Source: Gammaproteobacteria bacterium
GTDB taxonomy: Bacteria; Pseudomonadota; Gammaproteobacteria; JABABF01
Direction: 5' to 3'
Assembly: GCA_965237805.1 (NCBI GenBank)
Contig: OZ250153.1
Span: forward strand, 64,001-128,000
DNA: 64,000 nucleotides
Positions 40,218 to 48,143 of this stretch are shown here, piece by piece. Below the pieces are notes generated by a model, which saw only the letters and a program-made list of their open reading frames with translations, was not told the origin of the DNA and searched no databases. Each line of letters starts with the position of its first letter. The stretch's first letter is position 1. Made by a program: the position numbers and the translations under genes.

Positions 40218-42076
40218 GCGTGGCTGCAGCTTTCGATCCCAAGGCCTTTGTGCGCACCCTGGGCACGGGGCCGGGGGTCTACCAGATGTTGGATGCGGAG
40301 GGAGTGGCGTTGTATATCGGCAAGGCGCGCCAGCTGCGCCACCGCGTTGGCAGCTATTTCCAAAGCCATGGTCTGGAGACGCGCACGATGCGCATGCTGT
40401 CCCGCGTCTGCAGCATCCAGGTGACGGTTACCGCCAGCGAGACCGAGGCGCTACTGCTGGAGCAAAATCTGATCAAGCGCCATCGCCCGCGCTACAACAT
40501 CTTGCTCAGAGATGATAAGTCTTATCCTTATCTATATCTTTCAGAAGGACAATATCCAAGAATTTCCATGCGCAGGACGCGCCGATCCAAGCGTGTCGCT
40601 GGGCGCTACTTTGGCCCTTATCCAAGCGCTTCGGAGCTGCGCCACAATCTGAATTTCCTGCACCGAGCTTTTCAGTTGCGCCAGTGTACAGACAGTGTTT
40701 TCCACCACCGTACTCGACCCTGCCTGCAGTATCAGATCGGGCGCTGCACAGCACCCTGTGTCGGTTTGATCAGCGAGCGGGGCTATGCTGGCGATGTGCG
40801 CGATGCGGTGTTGTTCCTCGAGGGCGGTGGCCAAGCCTTGCAAGGCCAGCTGGCCGACCGCATGGAGCAGGCCTCCAAGGACTTGGCATTCGAGCGCGCC
40901 GCCGCGTTGCGCGATCGCATTGCGGCGCTGCGGCGCATGCGCGAGCGCCAGAGTGTGGACAGCACCCGCAGTGGCGGTGACGCCGATGTTGTGGCCTTGG
41001 TCGAGGAGGGCGGCATGCACTGTGCTCAGTGGTTACAGGTGCGCGATGGGCATGTCAGCTCCAGCCACAGCTACTTTCCACAATTGCCGCTGAGCGATGG
41101 TGCGACCAGCCTGCTCAGCGCCTTTGTGCCGCATCTGTACCTGGGTGGGGGCGGGCGCGAAATCCCCCGCGAATTGCTGCTGAGCGCAGAGCCCGACAAC
41201 GCCTCATTGTTGGCCGCAGCACTGGGGCGAGCTGCGGGCAAGCGGGTGCGCATCTCCAGTCCGAAACGTGGTCTGCGCGGGCGCTGGCTCCAGCTGGCGC
41301 TCAACACCGCGTGGGAGAATCTGCGCGGCTTCGCCAGCGGCGGGCAGCGTTTGGGGCATCAGCGCGAGGCGCTGGCGAAGGCGCTGGGGTGCAGCGCTAC
41401 GCCAGAGCGCATTGAAGCTTTCGATGTCAGCCACGGCGGCGGGCGGCACACGGTGGCCTCTTGCGTGGTGGCCGGGGTGGATGGCCTGCGCCCGGCCGAG
41501 TACCGCCGTTTCAATATTCGCGACGCCGCTCCCGGCGATGACTTGGCAGCGCTGCGCGAGGCGCTGGAGCGGCGCTATCTGCGTGGTAGCAGGGCGCGCA
41601 GTGCCCAGCTGCCAGATCTGTTGTTGGTGGACGGCGGCGCGGCGCAGCTGCGCGCAGCGCTTGCGGTGCTGTCCCAGCTGGCTGAGGACGGTGCCTGCGT
41701 CGAGGTGGTCGGTATCTCAAAAGGGGTTTCGCGCCGTCCCGGTTGGGAGCAATTGCACCGCGCGGATGGGCGGAGCGTGGCGCTGCCGCCGGACAGCGAG
41801 GCGCTACACCTGCTACAGCGCTTGCGCGACGAGGCCCACCGCTTTGCCATAGCTGGGCAGCGCCGCCGCCAGCGCCGAGCCGCCGGTTCTGGGCTCGAGC
41901 ACATCGCGGGTATCGGCCCGGCGCGGCGGCGCTCCTTGCTGCGCCATTTCGGTGGCTTGCGGGCATTGCAGCGGGCTTCTAGGGAGGAAATCGTCCGCGC
42001 ACCGGGCATGGGCGACAAACTCGCCACCACCGTTTGCGAGGCGCTCTCGGAACCAGCTCGCATGGCGGACGAATAA
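40214..42076 (+). CDS. uvrC: Excinuclease ABC subunit C
   Basis: GIY-YIG 'PGVY...YIGKA', 'RDDKSYPY', 'FDVSH', 'VDGG', 'RDEAHRFA', HhH tail. Confidence 0.96.
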   Translation: MSVAAAFDPKAFVRTLGTGPGVYQMLDAEGVALYIGKARQLRHRVGSYFQSHGLETRTMRMLSRVCSIQVTVTASETEALLLEQNLIKRHRPRYNILLRDDKSYPYLYLSEGQYPRISMRRTRRSKRVAGRYFGPYPSASELRHNLNFLHRAFQLRQCTDSVFHHRTRPCLQYQIGRCTAPCVGLISERGYAGDVRDAVLFLEGGGQALQGQLADRMEQASKDLAFERAAALRDRIAALRRMRERQSVDSTRSGGDADVVALVEEGGMHCAQWLQVRDGHVSSSHSYFPQLPLSDGATSLLSAFVPHLYLGGGGREIPRELLLSAEPDNASLLAAALGRAAGKRVRISSPKRGLRGRWLQLALNTAWENLRGFASGGQRLGHQREALAKALGCSATPERIEAFDVSHGGGRHTVASCVVAGVDGLRPAEYRRFNIRDAAPGDDLAALREALERRYLRGSRARSAQLPDLLLVDGGAAQLRAALAVLSQLAEDGACVEVVGISKGVSRRPGWEQLHRADGRSVALPPDSEALHLLQRLRDEAHRFAIAGQRRRQRRAAGSGLEHIAGIGPARRRSLLRHFGGLRALQRASREEIVRAPGMGDKLATTVCEALSEPARMADE

Positions 42077-42179
42077 CGGCTAAAATCTAGACCCCAAGTC
42101 AGCTGTGTCACCGCCCCAGACGAGCGGAGCATCGCCCGTTGCAGGAATAGGCTATAGCGCGGGCTGTAGCTGTCATGCC

Positions 42180-42758
42180 ATGATTCAACTATCGCTACCC
42201 ACCCTGTTCACCTTATTGCGCATCGCGTTGGCACCCTGTTTGGTGGTCGCGCTGTGCATGCCCGATGGGCGCGGCTGGCCAGCGGCGGCAATTTTTCTGT
42301 TGGCTATTGCCACTGACTGGCTGGATGGTTATCTGGCCCGCCGTCTGAAATTGGAGACGGCTTTCGGAGCCTTTCTCGACCCGGTGGCAGACAAGATCTT
42401 GGTCGCCACCGCGCTGGTCTTGTTGTCGGCGATCATGCACTCGCTGTGGTTTGCCGTGCCAGCGGCGATTATCGTCGGGCGCGAAATCGCTGTATCGGCG
42501 CTGCGCGAATGGATGGCCAGCGGCAAACAACGTCCCTCAGTGCTGCGCATCGCCAAGTATAAGACGATTTTTCAATACATCGCGATTACCTTGTTTTTGC
42601 TGTTGAGCGACGATAAGGCAACGGGGGCGATGGATGCCATGGATCAGATGGAATTGCAGATGGTTGCCTATGCCATGCTCTATACAGCTGCTGGGCTGAC
42701 ACTCTATTCAATGGCCCGCTATTTAGTTGCCGCTTGGCGGCAACGCCAGCGAGCCTAG
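42180..42758 (+). CDS. pgsA: CDP-diacylglycerol--glycerol-3-phosphate phosphatidyltransferase
   Basis: 'TDWLDGYLAR...FGAFLDPVADK', 'REIAVSALREWMA'; follows uvrC. Confidence 0.93.
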   Translation: MIQLSLPTLFTLLRIALAPCLVVALCMPDGRGWPAAAIFLLAIATDWLDGYLARRLKLETAFGAFLDPVADKILVATALVLLSAIMHSLWFAVPAAIIVGREIAVSALREWMASGKQRPSVLRIAKYKTIFQYIAITLFLLLSDDKATGAMDAMDQMELQMVAYAMLYTAAGLTLYSMARYLVAAWRQRQRA

Positions 42759-42833
42759 CGGTGTCGCCAGCCGTCTCCGGGCGGCTGGGATAGCTTGCAG
42801 CGGCTCCTTAGCACAGCTGGAATTTGGCGGCAA

Positions 42834-42907
42834 GGCTGGATGGCAGAGTGGTCATGTAGCGGACTGCAACTCCGTGTACGCCGGTTCGATTCCGGCTCCA
42901 GCCTCCA
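42834..42907 (+). tRNA. tRNA-Cys(GCA)
   Basis: Acceptor GGCTGGA/TCCAGCC, anticodon loop CTGCAAC, T-loop GGTTCGATTCC, discriminator T, encoded CCA. Confidence 0.95.
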
Positions 42908-42926
42908 TGTCCAGCGGAAGCAGAGC

Positions 42927-43260
42927 TGGTGCGGGGAGCGGGACTTGAACCCGCATGGGGCGATCGCCCCGGCAGATTTTCATCGCCGCCACGGCTTTCG
43001 CCGCCGGGTTGTGTTCCGTTTGGGCGCTGGACTTTGCCTTCGCCGTATCCCGCTAAGCGGGACTTAGGCGGGTGCCGTCAAGTCTCTACACCTTGCCCCG
43101 TATCGCGGCCTTGGCACGGCGTTGCCATCAGCCAGCGGTGGGAGCTACCTGTCGCTGTTGTTAAGGGTTCGCCGTTTTTGACACCTTCTACACCGCGGAT
43201 TTCTCCGCGGGCACTCAATTGCTTTAAGTCTGCTGCGTCTACCGATTCCGCCATCCCCGC
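42927..43260 (-). tRNA. tRNA-Leu(UAA), intron-split (5' exon 43260-43226; 3' exon 42980-42927)
   Basis: Joined exons give acceptor GCGGGGA/TCCCCGC, anticodon arm GCAGA-CTT|AAAA-TCTGC, long variable arm GGGGC-GATC-GCCCC, T-loop GGTTCAAGTCC and ACCA end; 89 nt spliced. Confidence 0.93.
42981..43225 (-). ncRNA. Group I self-splicing intron (IC3-type), 245 nt, no ORF
   Basis: 5' exon ends in U and intron ends in G. P1 ACUU|AA with UUGAGU (U.G at splice site); P2 CCGCGGA-GAAA-UCCGCGG; P3 GGUGUC/GGCACC; P4 ACGGCG/CGCCGU; P7 GAGACU/AGUCC; P8 receptor CCUAAG...UACGG; P9 CGGC-GAAA-GCCG. Confidence 0.93.
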
Positions 43261-43268
43261 TCGTGACC

Positions 43269-43274
43269 ATTGTA
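43269..43274 (-). promoter_or_regulatory. Putative -10 element for tRNA-Leu
   Basis: Minus-strand TACAAT 8 nt upstream of the tRNA 5' end. Confidence 0.5.
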
Positions 43275-43383
43275 GCCCAGCCCCTAGACAATGCCATCGA
43301 TTGACGCTAGCATGAGCGCTTGAGGTTGGTAGCGTCTTCGCTGCCATTGAGAATACGGCTCGAGAGACAACAAGGGGGTGCCC

Positions 43384-44766
43384 ATGAGTAGCGACGATGC
43401 CACTGCAACCACCATCGATTACCGCCAAGCGCCCGATAATCGGGTGCTGTCGCATCTTCCTGGGAGCTATGGTTGGCCCTTTGTAGGACACGCATTGCGA
43501 GCCCGGAACGACCTGCTTGGTTTTCTGCGCACGCAACACGATCGCTACGGCAAGCTGTCGCGTACCGGCTTTGGGCGGCAACGTACCGTGCTGGCTTTGG
43601 GGCCGGAGCTGAGTCAGAAAATTTTTCTCGACCGAGAACAAAACTTCTCTAATCAAATGGGCTATGAGCGCAATATGGCCCCCTTTTTCGGCGGCGGTCT
43701 GATGCTGCGAGATTTTCAAGAGCACCGCATACACCGCCGCATCATGCAGAGCGCTTTCAAATTCGACACCCTCAAGCTGTATCTGCCGCTGATGCATGAG
43801 ATGCTCAGCGCGGGCATGGAGCGTTGGCTACAACAGCCACAAGTTTATTTTCATCACGAAATCAAGGAGCTATTGTTGCGGGTGGCTGCGCGCATTTTTC
43901 TCGGTGTCAAGGAGGATATGGGTGATGAGCTGCAACAACTCAACACAGCTTTCCTCGATAGCGTCGCGGCCTTGAGTTCGGTAGTGCACATAAATTTTCC
44001 TGGCTTCCCATTTCACAGCGGCCGCCGCGGTAGGCGCTTCCTCTACAGTTATTTTTCTGCTCGGGTGCCAGCTCGGCGTAGCTCCGACAGCAACGATATG
44101 TTCACGCTGTTTGCCCATGAGCGCGACGAAGCTGGCGAGTTGTTCTCCGATGACGATGTCGTGCGGCACGTCATCTTCCTGACCATGGCGGCTCACGACA
44201 CCACTACCAGTGCACTGTCCAGCTGCATGGCGGAGTTGGTGCAACAGCCTGATTGGCAGCAGCGCCTGCGTGAAGAGAGCAATGATCTACTGGACGGTCC
44301 GTTGCAATATGAAGACATGGCGAAGCTCGAGTTGATGGATCGCTTCATGCACGAGACTCTTCGTGTGCACAGCCCGGTGCCGATGTCGATGCGGCGTACG
44401 GTGCGCGATTGCGAACTCGGCGGCAAGGACATCCCGGCCCATTCGATGGTGGCCGTGGCCCCGGCTTTTAGCCATTATATGGACGATTTCTGGACGGAGC
44501 CCGAGCGTTTCGACCCCGAGCGTTTTGCTCCGGAGCGCGAGGAACACAAGCGTCATTCTTTCAACTACATCCCCTTCGGCGGCGGTGCCCACAAATGCAT
44601 CGGGATGCACTTCGCCATGATGCAGATCAAATGCTTCCTGTCAAATTTTCTGCGTGACTACGAGGCTGAGCTGCCAGCAGGCTACCAGCTGCCGATCAAT
44701 TTCCAGCATCTGCCTTTCCCAGCTCCCAAAGACCATCTGCCACTGCTGATAAAAAAGCTGGGCTAG
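43384..44766 (+). CDS. Cytochrome P450 (CYP136-like by recollection)
   Basis: I-helix 'AAHDTT', 'ETLR', 'PERF', heme-Cys 'FGGGAHKCIG'. Confidence 0.93.
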   Translation: MSSDDATATTIDYRQAPDNRVLSHLPGSYGWPFVGHALRARNDLLGFLRTQHDRYGKLSRTGFGRQRTVLALGPELSQKIFLDREQNFSNQMGYERNMAPFFGGGLMLRDFQEHRIHRRIMQSAFKFDTLKLYLPLMHEMLSAGMERWLQQPQVYFHHEIKELLLRVAARIFLGVKEDMGDELQQLNTAFLDSVAALSSVVHINFPGFPFHSGRRGRRFLYSYFSARVPARRSSDSNDMFTLFAHERDEAGELFSDDDVVRHVIFLTMAAHDTTTSALSSCMAELVQQPDWQQRLREESNDLLDGPLQYEDMAKLELMDRFMHETLRVHSPVPMSMRRTVRDCELGGKDIPAHSMVAVAPAFSHYMDDFWTEPERFDPERFAPEREEHKRHSFNYIPFGGGAHKCIGMHFAMMQIKCFLSNFLRDYEAELPAGYQLPINFQHLPFPAPKDHLPLLIKKLG

Positions 44767-44807
44767 TTCCCAGCTGGTTCTCTTAGGGTGGCGTTGCGGG
44801 GCAGTCT

Positions 44808-45587
44808 ATGCTGCGCGTGATCACATTCAATGCCAACGGCATCCGTGCGGCTGCTCGCAAAGGCTTTTTTGAATGGTTGGCGCGGCAGCGCGCCGATGTG
44901 GTCTGTGTGCAGGAGACGCGGGCGCGTGAGGAACAGCTCGATGCCCGCCACTTTTACCCAACCGGTTATCAATGCTGGTACTACGAGGCCCAAACCCCGG
45001 GCTACAGCGGCACCGCGTTGTACAGCCGCGTCGCGCCCAAGCAGCTCAGTCGCGGCATGGGTTGGGATCCGATGGATTCGGAGGCGCGTTGTTTGCGCGC
45101 CGATTACTCGCAGCTGAGCATCCTATCTCTGTACCTGCCATCGGGCTCATCAGGGCCGGAAAAACAAGAGAAAAAATTCTTTGTAATGAATAGATTATAT
45201 GAAGAATTTAAGGTGATAATAGAGTCTGGTCTGGAGTGTATACTCTGCGCTGACTGGAATATTTGTCACCGCCCCATCGATCTGAAAAACTGGCGTGCCA
45301 ACCAAGGCAATTCTGGTTTCCTGCCCGAAGAGCGTGCGTGGATGGGAAGCTTGCTGGAAGAGCAGGGCTGGGTGGACAGTTTCCGCGCCTTGCACCCCGA
45401 GCTGGCAGCCTACACTTGGTGGTCCAACCGCGGGCGGGCGCGCGAAAATAATATCGGCTGGCGTCTCGACTACCAGCTGGTCACGCCGCAGCTGGCGCGG
45501 GCGGTGCGCGGTGCCGAGATCTGCCGTTCGCCACAATTCTCAGATCATGCGCCGTTGATCATGGATTATGATGTCAGTCTCAGTTAG
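44808..45587 (+). CDS. xth: Exodeoxyribonuclease III family AP endonuclease
   Basis: 'TFNANGIRA', 'CVQET', 'GYSGT', 'DWN', 'YTWWS', 'GWRLDY', 'SDHAP'. Confidence 0.9.
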   Translation: MLRVITFNANGIRAAARKGFFEWLARQRADVVCVQETRAREEQLDARHFYPTGYQCWYYEAQTPGYSGTALYSRVAPKQLSRGMGWDPMDSEARCLRADYSQLSILSLYLPSGSSGPEKQEKKFFVMNRLYEEFKVIIESGLECILCADWNICHRPIDLKNWRANQGNSGFLPEERAWMGSLLEEQGWVDSFRALHPELAAYTWWSNRGRARENNIGWRLDYQLVTPQLARAVRGAEICRSPQFSDHAPLIMDYDVSLS

Positions 45588-45608
45588 CCGCCGCGAGGGC
45601 ATACCCTC

Positions 45609-45968
45609 ATGTTGATTAGTCTCAGCCAAGCGCAGGATGCCGCAGCATCGGGTGCCTCGGGTAGTTTGCTGTTCCAACTTTTTTTCCTGAGTTCGATTTT
45701 CGCCATTTTTTACTTTCTGCTAATCCGTCCCCAACGCCAACGCCAACGCGAACACGAGATGATGGTCAACACCATCGACAAGGGGACCGAACTGGTGACC
45801 AGCGGTGGTTTGGTCGGACAGGTGACAGCGGTGGAGGGCGACTACCTGCGCCTGCGCGTCGCCACCGACACCGAGCTGTTGTTGCAGCGCCAGTCGGTGC
45901 ATGCTGTATTGCCCAAAGGCACGCTCAAATCGCTCCCACTATCGTGTTTTCAAGCCCGCCGCGCCTGA
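45609..45968 (+). CDS. yajC: Preprotein translocase subunit YajC
   Basis: 'FYFLLIRPQ', 'VTSGGLVG', 'VLPKGTLK'. Confidence 0.9.
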   Translation: MLISLSQAQDAAASGASGSLLFQLFFLSSIFAIFYFLLIRPQRQRQREHEMMVNTIDKGTELVTSGGLVGQVTAVEGDYLRLRVATDTELLLQRQSVHAVLPKGTLKSLPLSCFQARRA

Positions 45969-46963
45969 AACTCTGCGCTGCGCCGACCCCCTTTGCGCCA
46001 CTACCCACGCTGAGTCGCGAGTTGGGTGGGCCGCGCCTGTGGGTCAAACGCGACGATTGCACCGGTGTGGTGGGCAGCGGCAACAAGCTGCGCAAATTAG
46101 AATTTATCGCCGCCGAGGCTATCGCCGACAGCTGTGACACCTTGATCAGCTGTGGTGGCGTGCAGTCGAACCACTGTCGCACCATCGCCTGGGTTGGTGC
46201 CCGTCTCGGCCTGCGGGTGCATTTGTTGCTGCGGCTCGACGGCGAGGCCGCTACGGCAGATACGCCGGACGGCAATCTGCTGTTGAGCCGGCTTTTTGGT
46301 GCCCGTGTTGAATGCTTTGAGCGCGCCGACTATCAGCGCCGACTGGAGCAGCTGATGCAGCTGCGCGCCGAGGAATACGCGGCCCGAGGGCACCGTGCCC
46401 GTATCGTGCCCACCGGTGCCAGCGATGCCACCGGCGTGTGGGGCTATGTCGAGGCCTGCCGCGAGCTGGTGCAGGATTTTCGTCGCCGCGGCATCGCCCC
46501 GCGTCATTTGGTCGTGGCCACTGGTTCGGGTGGCACCTTGGCCGGGCTGACGGCGGGCATTGCCCTGACGGGTCTGAAATTGCGTGTCTGGGGGGTCAAT
46601 ATTTGCGATGATCGTGCTTGGTTCGAGGCCAAAGTACACTCTGACCTCGAAGCTTGGGTGCGCCGTTACGCTCAGTCGCCAGCGCTGGCCCAGCATCCGG
46701 TGCACATCATCGAAGGCTATGCTGGCCCCGGCTACGCACGCTGTGAGGCACCGGTTTGGGCGACCATAGGACGCGTCGCAGCCAGCGAGGGATTAGTGCT
46801 CGATCCGGTCTATACCGGCAAGGCTTTCCACGCTCTACTGGCGGAATGGGACAGCGGTCGATTCGATGGTGGTGACGATATTGTCTTTCTACACACCGGG
46901 GGTATCTTCGGCCTGTTCCCGCAACGTGAGCAACTGCGAGCCAGCGTGCCGTCGCTCGGCTGA
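45944..46963 (+). CDS. D-cysteine desulfhydrase family PLP enzyme
   Basis: 'KRDD', 'SGNKLRKLEF', 'GGVQSNH', 'LDPVYTGKA', 'FLHTGG'. Confidence 0.85.
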   Translation: MFSSPPRLKLCAAPTPFAPLPTLSRELGGPRLWVKRDDCTGVVGSGNKLRKLEFIAAEAIADSCDTLISCGGVQSNHCRTIAWVGARLGLRVHLLLRLDGEAATADTPDGNLLLSRLFGARVECFERADYQRRLEQLMQLRAEEYAARGHRARIVPTGASDATGVWGYVEACRELVQDFRRRGIAPRHLVVATGSGGTLAGLTAGIALTGLKLRVWGVNICDDRAWFEAKVHSDLEAWVRRYAQSPALAQHPVHIIEGYAGPGYARCEAPVWATIGRVAASEGLVLDPVYTGKAFHALLAEWDSGRFDGGDDIVFLHTGGIFGLFPQREQLRASVPSLG

Positions 46964-46970
46964 GCGGTGC

Positions 46971-48056
46971 TCAGCGGTAGCAGCGCTCGACGCGTGCGCC
47001 GAGGCCGCTCAGCAACTCGTAGCTGAGTCGGCCTGCCGCCGCCGCCACCTCAGCGACTGGCAGCTCGGGCCCCCATAGCGTCAGCACATCGCCGGGCTCT
47101 GCTTCGGCACCATCGAGCAGGCGGAAGCTGGTCATGTCCATTGAAACTTGGCCGACACTGGCGGTGACCAGTTGCCCGCGCAATAGGGCGGGTAGCGAGC
47201 GATCGCGCACACAGGGATAGCCATCGCCGTAGCCGATGGCGACGGTAGCCACTGTGCAGGGTTCGGGACAGCGCCAGTGGCCGCCGTAACCCACCGCCTC
47301 GCCAGCATCCAGCTGCCGCACCGCCAGCACCGGTGCCTCCAGCTGCAACACGGCGCGCAAAGTGCAATCGCCGGGGAGCTGCAGTGGGTTGACCCCGTAG
47401 AGCGCCAAGCCGGGGCGCAGCCAACCGCGCCGCAGCTGCGGGTGGTTGAGCAGGGCGGCCGAGTTGGACAGGCTGCTGAGCGGAGTGTCGCTGTATTGCT
47501 CAAACAGTGCCAGCTGTCGTGCGGTGTCTGCATCGCCGGGCTCGCGCTCGGCACAGCTGAGATGGGTCATGCCAATCACTTCGCCGACTTGGCTGGCGGC
47601 ACGCAGGCGTGACAATGCTGCGCCGTACTGCTTCGGTGCCAAGCCGAGGCGGTGCATGCCGCTGTCCAGTTTGAGCCATATATTCAGCCGCCTCGTCGGT
47701 GGGGCATCGAGCACTGCCACCACCCCCGGCTCGTTGTGCACCACCAAGTCGAACTGGTGATGCTGGCATTGCGCCACGGTCTCGGCGTTGCCCGGTGCTG
47801 CCATCACCACGGTGCGCGTGTTGCAACCGGCGCGCCGCAAGGCCAGTGCTTCCTCGATGCGTGCGACACCCAGCGCGTCGACCTTGTCAGCCAGCGCCTC
47901 GGCCACTGGCAACAGGCCGTGGCCGTAGGCGTTGGCCTTGACCACAGCCAGCAGCTGGGTCGCTGGTGCCAAGCGTCGCAACTGTGCCACATTGTGGTGT
48001 AGCGCCGCAAGATCGATGAGCGCCCTCGGTGCCGATAGCATGCTTTGCTCTTCCAT
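46971..48056 (-). CDS. alr: Alanine racemase
   Basis: PLP-Lys 'AVVKANAYGHG', 'KLDSGMHRLG', 'RPGLALYG', 'GYGDGYP', 'VSMDM'. Confidence 0.94.
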   Translation of the reverse strand: MEEQSMLSAPRALIDLAALHHNVAQLRRLAPATQLLAVVKANAYGHGLLPVAEALADKVDALGVARIEEALALRRAGCNTRTVVMAAPGNAETVAQCQHHQFDLVVHNEPGVVAVLDAPPTRRLNIWLKLDSGMHRLGLAPKQYGAALSRLRAASQVGEVIGMTHLSCAEREPGDADTARQLALFEQYSDTPLSSLSNSAALLNHPQLRRGWLRPGLALYGVNPLQLPGDCTLRAVLQLEAPVLAVRQLDAGEAVGYGGHWRCPEPCTVATVAIGYGDGYPCVRDRSLPALLRGQLVTASVGQVSMDMTSFRLLDGAEAEPGDVLTLWGPELPVAEVAAAAGRLSYELLSGLGARVERCYR

Positions 48057-48143
48057 GGTCAAAAGCGCTGGCGAAATACGGCTACTGGCAGCTTATAGTG
48101 TAGCGCTTGAGCACTGCGGGACTGCAAGCAAGGGTCAGGGCTG

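Noticed and set aside
42781-42833. Possible decayed tRNA-Gly between pgsA and tRNA-Cys ('GGGATAGCT..CAG.GG...AGCAC')
   Set aside because: Only patchy resemblance; no T-arm, anticodon stem or acceptor pairing.
42727-43315. ORFs 42727-42948, 42795-43067 and 42929-43315 as a possible intron-encoded homing endonuclease
   Set aside because: They overlap tRNA exons or run antisense to the intron, lack LAGLIDADG/HNH/GIY-YIG motifs, and the intron is only 245 nt.
44808-45587. Calling the ExoIII-like gene Crc
   Set aside because: It retains nuclease catalytic-type motifs (QET, YSG, DWN, SDH), so Xth/ExoA is the better call.
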